Origin: Seison nebaliae
Lineage: Eukaryota
NCBI GenBank assembly: GCA_023231475.1
Contig: JALJEE010000863.1
Coordinates: 1 to 38,176 of the forward strand
Length of the DNA stretch: 38,176 nt
Direction of reading: 5' to 3'
Made by a program: the position numbers and the translations under genes. Below, piece after piece: positions 1 to 10,726 of this stretch; the first letter of the stretch is position 1, and each line of letters starts with the position of its first letter. A model generated the notes under the pieces. It searched no databases, had not been told where the DNA came from, and saw only the letters and a list, made by a program, of their open reading frames with translations.

Positions 1-477
1 GAAATTTGTATAAATAAAGAGAATTTTCATTTTGTCTTTTAATTAAATTAATTAATTTGGATATATTCTCATATATTAGTCCGTTACTATTATATAAAAG
101 TGACAATATACATTTTTAGTGCATATCAGAGAGGAATAAACCTCATCAAATTCTAACGGAGTTATTTGCATTGAACGCTTCTAAGGATTTGACTCTCGAT
201 CATATATCATTTATTTTTTGGAAAATACTTCCATTCATTATTTATCAATCTTCCATTGAAGTCATTTTAGATTAATAGTCAAACTTAAACTTACTTGCTA
301 AATTAGTCAACTTGTTAGGAAAGCATAGTAGGAGAAACCAAAAATTTTGAGTTTTGCAGTTAAAATGAAATAATTTTTGGTTAATTATGCGAAAGTTAGG
401 GAGAAAATCAAAATTAATTTTTATTTTAATTTTTGATCGATTTTCATTCGCAACAAGACCATCACAAGACTAGGGAG

Positions 478-1608
478 ATGCACCATCGGATTTTACGCAA
501 GACATGTAATAACGACACTATTTCTTCCTATATTTGCGATCTAAGTAACACCGAGAAGAATAGCGATGATTCCCAAACGAAAAATGACAGAGAAATCTTG
601 AAAGAACTTAGGTCGAAAACGAAATTGAACCAACCCGTCATGTCCAACATGAATTCTAAGTACAATCTGAAAATAGTGTCTGTTGAAAAGGCGAAATCTA
701 TGCCGCCGCCTCCTGGTCGTGGTTTCCGATCACGTAAGTCATTCCTGAAGAAGAGTTTGGGAACAGTAGGATGGAATGCAAATGCGTCGGAATGCAAAAA
801 AATCAAAAAAGAAGTAACTTGTAAATTAATGGGAAATTTTACAAATAATTCTTCTAATTATCAATATCTCTACGAGATGAATGGTGAAGGAAGAAGTCCT
901 GGAAATACTGACGATGAATATAATGAGCCTGTCATTATTGAAGTTATTATATTATTTGAAATAACTTTAAAATTATGAATTTCAGACAAAAAACTATAAT
1001 AATGATAATATCGTTTTAGAAATTGATGTAGAAAATAAAATGACCAGTCGCGTTAGATAAATAATTGAAATTTTCCATTAAATATCTTTTAACAGAAACG
1101 TTCGTTAAGTAGACAATTCGAATTACGACCATCAGGTTCAATCATAATCGTGGAGCCGAAAACTCAAGATGAAACTGCCGAGGACAATATTCCGAAAGAA
1201 GAAATCTGTAAAAATCCGATGGAGAATGTTTTTAGAATGGCTAATAAAATTGGTACGGAGCAGCCGAAAAATAAAATAGCCATCAATGTGGCTGTTGATG
1301 ATGAAGATAAATTGAGTAACGATTCGGATAGTGACGAGAAAGAAGGAAGTCATGGTTTCAATATCGGTAAAGTAGATAAAGTATTGTCGAGTTCAAGAAA
1401 GAGAACTCTTAAGATGCCATTGATGAAAAAATTACCGTTACTGATCGCTAATCCTGAGAGTAATAATTCCAGCAACTCTTTAGACACGTTAGACGATTCG
1501 AATTTGGATACATCGGTGTTGACTCATCTCACACCATCAACCACCACTAAAGGAAAACAGACAATACTTTGCACGAAATGTGGAACAGAAATCGGCTGTT
1601 TGTTCTAA
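478..1608 (+). CDS. Hypothetical low-complexity protein (~347 aa, 3 exons: 478-942, 986-1051, 1096-1608)
   Basis: Two ORFs (433-978, 1150-1608) join in frame through GT-AG introns 943-985 and 1052-1095. Ser/Asn/Lys-rich with a C-terminal CTKC. No recognisable family; start codon uncertain. Confidence 0.6.
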
Positions 1609-1639
1609 ATTTCCTTTCTGGAACTAGAATGAGAATTAA

Positions 1640-1671
1640 AAAATATTTTCAAAATATTTTCAAAATATTTT
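1640..1671. repeat. Short tandem repeat (AAAATATTTTC)x~3
   Basis: Read directly in the gap between two convergent gene ends. Confidence 0.7.
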
Positions 1672-1768
1672 AACAATTAATTTTATGTCGTGGACATTTT
1701 CAAATTATGTGAGAGATTGATAGTTTTATATTGAAGATAATAAGAATGAAAATATAAAATCGAAATGA

Positions 1769-3472
1769 TTAATAAGTTGTTATTAAATTTTTTGACATAT
1801 AAACTCCATCGTTTTCATAGCCGAGTTTTCGATAATAGTTCCGAGTTCCAATTCCCGAAATTATTGAAATTTTTTCCGATCCATGTTCATTGAGTGCAAT
1901 CTCTTCCGCCTCCTTCATCAATTGTTTACCATAACCATGATGTTGGAATTTGATGTCACTTCTTGATCCAACGGCAACTACAGAACCATAAACATGAAGT
2001 TCTCGTACGATACTACTAATTTGTCCAGTTAATTCTTTTCGAAAAGTATTTTCAGATGAACATCTCCTCAAACGAAGTAGAGCGATCAATACATCTTCCT
2101 TAACATCCTCGTAAGAAAGAAATGTTTCCCAACCGTTATTAGCGGAATAATCTCGACGAATCAATTGAATATTTTTCAAATTATAAGAAATTTTCCTGTT
2201 AGTCGTATTCTCTTTGTTATCGTTATTAAATTTGTTTTGACAATTTTGAACGCCAATTTCTCTTGTACGAACATCTCGACATTTAGTTCCATGATCATTC
2301 ATATATTGTAATGACAATTGTCGAAGATTACCATGTTTGACTCCTGATGAGACTAAAGGCATTGGAATATCTCGTTGTACTCGATAGACACGTGTCCATG
2401 GTGGAACTAACGATAATATTTCCGCTGTCAATTTAATGAGAACTTCTGGAGGATAACTAGTATATTTACCTTTCTTCCATAATTCATATAAACCAGTACC
2501 TCTAATAACAAGTGTTGGATAGAGTTTCAATCCATCAGAACGGAATCGTGGAGATTGAAAATATCGTTCAAATTGATAAAGATCACGAGAGTAATTAACG
2601 TTCGGTAAATCAGGCATCATATGTGCGACCACTTTGAATCCGGCATCTTTTGCCATACTGAACGATTCACAAACGGCTCCTACCGTATGTCCACGATTCG
2701 TATCGCGTGCAACATCTTCGTAAATTGATTGAACTCCAATTTCCAATCGAGTACAACCATAAATCAACATATCACTCAAATGTTTCTTCATACAATAATC
2801 CGGTCTTGTTTCGATAGTAATTCCAACACATTTCGTTAAACTTCTTTCGGAATATTCGATCGATTCTTTTAGTGTAATAGATGAATGATTACTGAGAGAA
2901 TCGTGAAGTTTCATTATGAAATTCTCACGATATTCCATTGGCAATGCCATGAATGTTCCGCCCATGATAATGAATTCGATCTTGTCAATCGAATGACCCA
3001 ATTCTTTCAATTGTGTCATTCGATGTTTCGTTTGAATGGTTGGATCATATCGAGCACGAATAGCTCTCATTGATGTGGGTTCATATCCGGTATAGGATTG
3101 AGTGGAATATTCGAAATCTGAATCGGGTCCTCCTGGACAATAGACACAAATATTACCGGTTAAAGCGATATGAGGACATCGATGCGGTTTACACATAACA
3201 GCCACAACTGCAATGCCACTAGCTGTTCTTATGGGTTTGGAGATGAGATAAGGAAGAAACTCGTCACGATATTTTGTTGGTAATCCACTTATAATATCGG
3301 AGAATTTTGGTTGTCGACTTAATTTATATTTAGCAGAAATTTTACATTTCAATTCTTTCATGTTTATTCCTTTCTTCTCATTTAACTTCTCGCGATTATC
3401 TATCAGATATTTCACAATTTCATCGACACATCGATGCATCTTCCACTTATTATCCATTTTCATCAATTCCAT
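1769..3472 (-). CDS. ELP3: Elongator complex protein 3 (radical SAM + GNAT acetyltransferase), intronless, 567 aa
   Basis: [23 protein letters not shown]...[36 protein letters not shown] and FQHHGYG motifs are diagnostic of Elp3. Confidence 0.98.
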   Translation of the reverse strand: MELMKMDNKWKMHRCVDEIVKYLIDNREKLNEKKGINMKELKCKISAKYKLSRQPKFSDIISGLPTKYRDEFLPYLISKPIRTASGIAVVAVMCKPHRCPHIALTGNICVYCPGGPDSDFEYSTQSYTGYEPTSMRAIRARYDPTIQTKHRMTQLKELGHSIDKIEFIIMGGTFMALPMEYRENFIMKLHDSLSNHSSITLKESIEYSERSLTKCVGITIETRPDYCMKKHLSDMLIYGCTRLEIGVQSIYEDVARDTNRGHTVGAVCESFSMAKDAGFKVVAHMMPDLPNVNYSRDLYQFERYFQSPRFRSDGLKLYPTLVIRGTGLYELWKKGKYTSYPPEVLIKLTAEILSLVPPWTRVYRVQRDIPMPLVSSGVKHGNLRQLSLQYMNDHGTKCRDVRTREIGVQNCQNKFNNDNKENTTNRKISYNLKNIQLIRRDYSANNGWETFLSYEDVKEDVLIALLRLRRCSSENTFRKELTGQISSIVRELHVYGSVVAVGSRSDIKFQHHGYGKQLMKEAEEIALNEHGSEKISIISGIGTRNYYRKLGYENDGVYMSKNLITTY

Positions 3473-4227
3473 CTCTCGTACGATATTTCACTTCCCCACA
3501 ATCCTCAATTGTTATTCCACTATTATATAATCGAAAAATGTGACTAATAATAAAGCCTCAAATTCTCAATAGTTTCACAAACGTCGACCATATCAATCGT
3601 CATGAGATCCGTATTTCTAGTTTAAAACATTTAATTCAACATTTTATTACATAATTAAATTATTATCATATCATATTGTTTGATAAGCGTCTTATCTCAT
3701 TATAATTATACTAATTAACTTCAAGTATCGATCTAAACTAACGATATCGATGTAAGAATCGTAACAAACATAATAAATTTCTTTCATTAAATAATTATCA
3801 TATAAAAGTTATATTCATTTTTGTAGGAAACTAATTTCATTTCTCTCAAAACTTCATGTGAACTTAAAATTTCATATTGTCCATCATGCCAAATGATAAT
3901 CAATAGATCCTTACCGATAAATACCCACCGACATAGTTTCAGTTTTATGCACGTCTAGTATGATATCGAATGTAAACTTTATTTAATTGTTCGGACTAAA
4001 AAGAGAATTGAAATTAATTCCTCTTTATTTAAATTAAATTATTACAATTTGAGATTTATTACAATTTACACTAATTATAATTATTGGGTAACAATTTGAG
4101 AAACATGACAAACGAAAGTCTACGTGGTTTATGAATTTAAAAAAAATTAGTATACAGTAATTCTGTAAATTAACTTTTAAGTTCTCTTTCAATTTCACAA
4201 ATTCGTCCTTTTTTCGATTTAACCAAA

Positions 4228-5111
4228 ATGGAAAGTTTTTCTTTTTAGTAAACGATCTACTACCTCTCTAAATAGTTACGAACATTTTCAGCAAAAACTA
4301 CGTCGGTAATAGAATTGACGAACTCTTAGGAACGAGTCCTAGTGATGAGATTCGATTTACTTTTAAGAATTTGTCTCCATCTGACATTCATTGCCATGAA
4401 GGAAACATCCAGAGAGATCATGTGAAAATGATGGATATTACATGTGGATCATTATTACTATTCAATATCTCTAAAAAAATATTCCTCTTATTCCGAGTTT
4501 CAGTTGATAATCCATTCGCTAAAAATATTGAACCGTCAATTGGAATTATTATTCCGAATTATTTTAGAGAAATTAAATTGATTTTCAACAAGAAATTTTG
4601 GTGTGTGAAGGATTGTGATAATATTCTCATAGAAGTAGTTCCTATCAAACAGAAACTTATCTGTACTAATTTACTTTACGCAACGAATTGTTGGGATAAA
4701 ATTGACAGAAAAGGAAAAGATAAAATTTATTCAAAAAAACTTAAAACCGTACTAGTGAAACCTTTAATCGAATCATTATTTAGTAAATCGATGTGCAACA
4801 GTACATTGAACGATGTGACCGAAGAATTCATTGACAGTTTTCAAGAGAGTAAAAAAGAAGTAAAAGAAGTTACAATAAGATCTGTTGGAAGTGTTACCAA
4901 ACAACTATTACATTCCATAACTTTACATCAATTTAATTCCGACAAGAAAATGGAACACACTAGTTATATTGATAATCTATCCTACACTTTTACGAATATT
5001 TTTCCAACGACCAATAACTTATTGGAAAAGGTGAAGATGCACATTAAGTATTATTTTATGGGTCTCGTCGCTTATACAGTCATCCAAATATTGCAGATCT
5101 TAAATGAATAA
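4228..5111 (+). CDS. Divergent MSP-domain, tail-anchored VAP/MOSPD-like protein (~280 aa; exons 4228-4234, 4276-5111)
   Basis: ATG GAA A, then intron 4235-4275, restores the frame into ORF 4371-5111. LLLFNISKKIFLLFRVSVDNPFAKNIEPSIGII aligns by eye to the MSP pattern ([32 protein letters not shown]). Hydrophobic C-terminal segment YYFMGLVAYTVIQILQIL. Confidence 0.65.
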
Positions 5112-5245
5112 CATAAAATTACAAATTTCTAAATTATACTTATTTCAAAAAAAAACAATGAACGATATCTGCACCAAAATGATAATAATAAGGAAATATA
5201 GAACAATTTATTGGTTTATAAAAAGAAACATTTCAAAAATAAATA

Positions 5246-6187
5246 TCAAATATGAATGAATACTTTAGGTCGTGAAAATATTTCGATTTCTTCATCCACC
5301 TCACTAATTTGGTCGAGTAAACGTTTCTTGACATTCTTCAATCGGAGACTATCTGTTCTTAAAGGAATTGTGTTCAATTCGCTCAGTAACATTGATTGTC
5401 TTACTCTTAATTCGGTTAAAGTTGCTTGACGTTCTTCATCTCCGAGTTTTCGACTATTTGGTGGTTGTTCTGGATCAGGTATGTTTGCAATTCGTTCCAT
5501 CTCTAAACGATTCCATTCATCTTTCCTTCTTCGAAGACTAAGAAAATGTTTATAGGTGATTGGACAATTTAAAAAAAAATTCCTTAACTAATTCGGAATA
5601 GTTCCAAGTTCCGATTTCCGTTCTTGTCTATTTGCTTCACTTCTGGTTGAATTAGCGGTGGATGGTCTGGATGCATTTCTAGCATTTAATTTAACAAAAT
5701 TGATTGAATTCGATCGACTAATTCTACCACTTGATGGGCGTGACATCTCTCGGGCAGAATTCGTTCTTGAATGTGCTCGCAGGAAATTTGATGGTTTTTC
5801 ACATTCTAATTTCTAAGGAAGTATTTCAAATAATATTTAGTTATAATAATTTCAATTAACTCTTGGAGAATAATTTTTCATTTTGGATTCAACATTAGCA
5901 TATTTTGAACTTTGCCATTGATTATCCATCTCTTTCTTCTTTTCATTAGCTAATTTTGTTTCTTCTCTCTCTGAATAAAGTGCACTGGCACTATGTATTC
6001 TTCGTCGGTTTTGCGCAATAAAATTCTTCTTTTTCGGTGTTCTTTTGACATAGGCACATGAATGTCCGAATAGTTCTAAATTCATTTTATTCGGTGGGAT
6101 CGGAGGTCTACTACGGTAAGCACCAATTGGTGCTCCATATCCAGGATCAGCTAATATTGGACCTGATAATTTGCTAATTTCATTCAT
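5246..6187 (-). CDS. ENKD1: Enkurin domain-containing protein 1 (~280 aa; exons 6187-5861, 5812-5589, 5537-5246)
   Basis: N-terminal SKLSGPILADP resembles ENKD1 SRISGPIPPDP. Internal NFIAQN, GTIPNYLRRRKDEW and C-terminal EIEIFSRPKVFI form the enkurin domain. Introns 5813-5860 and 5538-5588 keep the frame. Confidence 0.85.
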
Positions 6188-6207
6188 TCCAACTTCCAAA
6201 TTGGTCA

Positions 6208-6221
6208 ATCTCTATAGCAAC
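6208..6221. promoter_or_regulatory. RFX X-box upstream of ENKD1
   Basis: ATCTCTATAGCAAC matches the X-box consensus RTHNYYWTRRNRAC at all 14 positions, 21-34 nt upstream of the ATG of a ciliary gene. Confidence 0.7.
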
Positions 6222-6446
6222 CGTTATTTTTCTCAGATTCCAGCTATACCTAATCTCTGAATTGATTCAATAAATATTCTTACTTATTTATTGAAATTAA
6301 GAAAGTTTTATTTCAAAAATTTGTCTCAAATAAAAGAGACTATTATTATTCTTTTAATTAATAGAAACATTTATTAAATAAAAATAATTTTATTTAAATG
6401 ACAAAATTTATTGAATGATCCAGTAAACAAAATATTATTTTCGTTT

Positions 6447-6888
6447 TCACCTCAATCTTCTTGCTTCTCTTTCCGATTCCAGTAATTGGAGAACATCATT
6501 CTCTCGCACTGGTCCCTTAACATTTCTCAATATCGTTCTGGTCTCAATTCCACTACCAGTCAATTCAACTAATACCTGAAAATCAGAAAACAAAAATTAG
6601 TTCCATTGCAAAAGGAACGAAAAAGAAAAAAATGATGAATAAAAATCATCAGGATTCCGTTTTCATCATAACAATTTAACCTAGAACAGGTAAAATTGAT
6701 AAGACGAACGAGACTTTAGAATTATAATTCATCATACAAATAAATAACGCTTGACAAATAAAAATTTCAATAACTTGTGTACATTGTCCTTGGCTGCCGG
6801 TTCTACCAAGAATTTTGATAACCTAAAGAAACGTAATGGAAAGATTCAAAAAAATGAATATAACTTTTGCAGTTTCTGGGTTGCTCAT
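6447..6888 (-). CDS. RPS28: 40S ribosomal protein S28 (66 aa; exons 6888-6865, 6822-6775, 6575-6447)
   Basis: Spliced translation [66 protein letters not shown]. Not in the ORF track because the exons are short. Confidence 0.97.
6645..6740 (-). ncRNA. Intronic box C/D snoRNA with an 18S rRNA guide
   Basis: Inside the 199-nt RPS28 intron 2: box C ATGATGA (6735-6729), guide complementary to conserved 18S ACGAACGAGACU (6715-6704), D' CTTA (6703-6700), an internal hairpin, C' ATGATGA (6669-6663) and box D CTGA (6652-6649). Confidence 0.85.
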
Positions 6889-6895
6889 ATTGAAT

Positions 6896-6905
6896 AGGAG
6901 AAAGA
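6896..6905 (-). promoter_or_regulatory. Oligopyrimidine (TCT/5'TOP-like) start motif of RPS28
   Basis: TCTTTCTCCT ends 7 nt upstream of the RPS28 ATG, as is typical of ribosomal protein gene start sites. Confidence 0.5.
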
Positions 6906-7243
6906 TTGAGTGAATTATTATATTTTTCTTTATTTGTAATAAACGTGTGAAGTTGAATGAAATATTTTAAAATTATATTTTTATTTTCAAGAGATACATT
7001 ATTCCAACTTATTTCCATATTTAAATCTTAAGCTTTAAAATTGATATTTAATAAGCTGTTATAATCAGGTTCTTATGGTAATATGGCAAGCTTAAAATTT
7101 AAAGATTCCCACACCATTTTTCAGACTATCGTTTCAACTATTAGAAAGAAAACTTACTTTTATAATTTATTTATGAATTTTTTCAATTAACTAATTTGTT
7201 CAAATAATTTTCGTAAAAATTTGAAATAAATTATCGATCCTCG

Positions 7244-8833
7244 TTATGAGACATTCGTTTTTCGTACCTCGTATAAAATGTAACTAATTAAATGAAATGA
7301 AATATGAGAGCGAAGAAAATAAACTATTCCATAAATGATGGCACCATCGTTGGATATTGATGGAGTTCTCCTTTCAGAATAGAAATGTCCTTCGCAAATT
7401 TCGTATGAAAATTTTTCGCTCCCGCGCAATCTCCCTAGATTCATAAAACATTTATATTAATAATAATAAATGTTGTTATAATAAAAAAAAAATTAATATT
7501 CATTCAATCGTCAGACAATACTAACTCTACTCAATAATATGCCGTTGTCAGGTAAACATTCATATGCGGATTCTATTACAAAGTTCGAAGTTTTATATGG
7601 AAATTGGAAATCTGGAGAAATTTGAAAAATTGAGAATATATAAGAGAACCTTTATTTTTATTCTTCCTATAACTTTCACATGCTTCCTGCTCTACCTGAT
7701 ACGGGAATTCAGTTAAATCATTAATAATGACATCGAATTTGTGGTTGTTGGAGATGGCATCTAATAAGTAATCGAAACAATTCCCCACGATTATCTAAAA
7801 AATTTGAAAGAATATTTAAATTTTAATGTTTAAAAACTTCATGTTCATCACTTTTCATTTTGTCCATCGCATCAAAACATGTCTTCCTCATAAACTTTCT
7901 AGCACCTTCAATTGTCTCAATATCTATCTAGAAATAAATAGTTTAATGATACTACTGAAATTATACTCACTTCTACCATTGTTATAAATTTCGGTTTTTT
8001 ATTTCCTGGTAATTTTTTCAATTGAGCTAAAATACCACCATCACCACCACCTAGAATGAGGACATTCTTATTCGAATAATCCAATCCTCTATTTATTCCA
8101 GTTAATGTTAATGTGTAAATAGTATCACTTTCTGCCAAGTCTGAAGAATGACAAACAAAAATTACTCACTAACAAACAAAAGTATTTAAATGTAAAAGAA
8201 ACTTGGATCATTGTCTAATACGAGACAATTGCCAAATTGTTTAGAGTTAACAACTTGAACTAATTGGAATTGTGTTTTCTTTTCGAAAACAACTTCGGTC
8301 CAATCATACTCGATAAGACGATTATCTCCAGTCAGACTATACGGTGATAAACGATCTTTACGATGTAATCTTTTGATGGAAGTACCAAGAGGATAAGTAT
8401 GTAATAAATTATTAGTAATTCCGAGAATTTTACTAATATTATCTTCAATCGATTTAATCGTCTTAAAATTATGATGATGATTTTTGAAATTTTTAAGATA
8501 AATAGAAACCTTTCTATCAAAAACTAAAGTTCCTTTTGTTAATTGAAAATTAATATCGATAAATAATTTCGTTGTTTCGTCATTTTTGAGAACTGTATAT
8601 TTTATTTCTTCACTAAAAATTTATTAAAAAAAAGTTTAATGATATTCTAATACAAATTTCTTTAACTATTTTCCTTCCAGACTACTATAAATGGTTAATT
8701 GAGCATCATTTATTTGACGTTGGAATATTTTAGTAAATAAACAGCCACGCACTTCCCCAATGACTTTAGTACAAACATCGAAGTCAATTTCGGCATCTTT
8801 TCCTAACTCGAATTGTTGTAGTAATGTTTCCAT
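7244..8833 (-). CDS. SMS: Spermine synthase (~381 aa, 9 exons)
   Basis: Spliced motifs [69 protein letters not shown] and VPSFME. Introns at 8613-8666, 8462-8509, 8141-8202, 7928-7970, 7795-7837, 7612-7673 (donor ambiguous), 7435-7525 and 7284-7324. Confidence 0.92.
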
Positions 8834-9503
8834 TATTTACTTCTCTTTAATCAGATGATTTCTGGTCAAGCTAATAATTTCCTTTCGTATGATCAACTTT
8901 TTCCAAGTTTTCATGATCAACCAGGAAACTCTTTTAATTATTCATCTTTTTTATTCAAAAAAAACTATGTTTATTCTAAATTTAAATCAACTAACAAACT
9001 ACTTAAATTGTATGAAACTATTCATAAAATTCTATATATTTGTTTCATTAATTTTTAATTAGAAACCGAATATTGGATTATAAACTGTGTTGAATGCAAT
9101 ATATGTAGAAAATATAGATCTTTATAAATTTTCAAAAACCCACTGATTTTCCTCTCCTTTCATTTTTAACGCGTGTGTTTTATTGAAAGACAATGAAATT
9201 GAGACAATTGAAAGAAAGAAATGAAATTATCTTGTATAGTAGATAAAGTGAAAATTATTATTAAATATTTATATTTTAATTTCATTAATGAAGCTAACGG
9301 TTTCAACTACGAAAGTTTCCCCTTAAACTTGGACTTCGATAGATGTCAAATCAAATTTATTGCAATAATTTGAAATTTAGGTGTACATTAATCTGTCTCA
9401 TCTGGCATTCCCATTTACATCTTTAAATTCATATCTCATTCTTCAAATTTTTTATTCGTCATTTCAGTTTCTTTTCAATTTTACAACATAGTTTATTTTC
9501 ATA

Positions 9504-10484
9504 ATGAGCGAAGAATTTTCTTCCGTACCTGAATTTCCACTACAATCGTTTGGGAAGAATGAAAAGAAAGAAGAAAATAAAGAGAATGAAATAACGACAT
9601 CGAAAGAAATTACGAAAGAATTCGTAAATTCTATTGATTTTTACGATATAGGTCGAATGATAAATTGTGGTGGTTTTGGAAGAGTTTATATGGTGAGAAC
9701 GAAAAGTAAACCGCACGCGATTTTAGCAATGAAACTCGTTCATAAAGAACCTTTGGAGAGACATGGAATGACTGAACAATTCGAACAGGAAATTAAAATT
9801 TTATGTCAATTACCAGAACATGAAAATATCATTCAATTTTATACTCATTTCGAAGATGCAACTCGATGTTATTTGATGTTGGAATATGCGTATGGTGGTT
9901 GTATTTTCGATGTGTTGAAAGTGAATAAACGATTATCTTCTCCAATTGTTGCCACTTGGATCAGTCAATTATGTGACTGTTTACTTATCCTCCATCAAAA
10001 CGGTATCATTCATCGAGATATTAAACCAGAAAATATTCTATTGGGAGTTAATGGCGAAATAAAATTGACGGATTTCGGATGGTCGAAATTAATGAATAAA
10101 CTCGATGAAACATTAAATGCGACGATTTGTGGAACGTTCGAATATATGCCACCAGAAATGTTGATTGAGAAACCATACACGTCAGCCATCGATATTTGGT
10201 GTATTGGAATTTTGATGTACGAATTGAGTTATGGTCGAACGCCTTTCCATTCGATTGAAAATGAAAAAGAATTGAAAGAAGAAGTTTTTTCAAAGAAAAT
10301 CAAATATGATTTCTTTTCATCAACACAAACGGAATTATTAAATGGAATTCTTCAAGTTAATCCAATTAAAAGAATGCCGCTCGCTGACATTTCATCTCAT
10401 ATTTGGATAAGAACAAATAAGAAAACGACGAAACCATATTTCATCATTCACGAAATACCATCAGATGGTTTCGATGACGATTGA
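9504..10484 (+). CDS. Aurora-family Ser/Thr kinase, divergent, intronless (326 aa)
   Basis: GGFGRVY, AMK, EIKILCQL, YLMLEYA, HRDIKPENILLG, DFGWS, CGTFEYMPPEM and C-terminal RMPL. DFGWS is the Aurora signature. Confidence 0.88.
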   Translation: MSEEFSSVPEFPLQSFGKNEKKEENKENEITTSKEITKEFVNSIDFYDIGRMINCGGFGRVYMVRTKSKPHAILAMKLVHKEPLERHGMTEQFEQEIKILCQLPEHENIIQFYTHFEDATRCYLMLEYAYGGCIFDVLKVNKRLSSPIVATWISQLCDCLLILHQNGIIHRDIKPENILLGVNGEIKLTDFGWSKLMNKLDETLNATICGTFEYMPPEMLIEKPYTSAIDIWCIGILMYELSYGRTPFHSIENEKELKEEVFSKKIKYDFFSSTQTELLNGILQVNPIKRMPLADISSHIWIRTNKKTTKPYFIIHEIPSDGFDDD

Positions 10485-10726
10485 GAATGATGAAGCGTAA
10501 TTCAGAATAAAACAAATTAATTTCATATTTTCCCCATTTTGTGAATATAATAAAAATTTCGTAATTTGAATTGAATAAACGTCCGTTTTCCACAATTTAG
10601 TCATTTCAAACGGAAATTATAAAACATGACAATTTTTAATGATGCAAATAAAATCCATCTCTGAAATTTTTTTGATGGTCATTTTATTTTCTTACTTTTT
10701 ACCATTCTTTCTCCCCACGACACAAC

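Noticed and set aside
120..275. Stop-free 51-codon stretch after TTTTAG, a possible last exon of an upstream gene
   Set aside because: No recognisable homology, and the upstream context lies outside the window.
3726..3751. Two TATCGAT (DRE-like) words in the ELP3/MSP divergent promoter
   Set aside because: TCGA-containing words are abundant throughout the window, so enrichment cannot be claimed.
6803..7018. 71-aa ORF from the track
   Set aside because: It overlaps the RPS28 promoter, exon 1 and intron 1 and is explained by the spliced RPS28 model.
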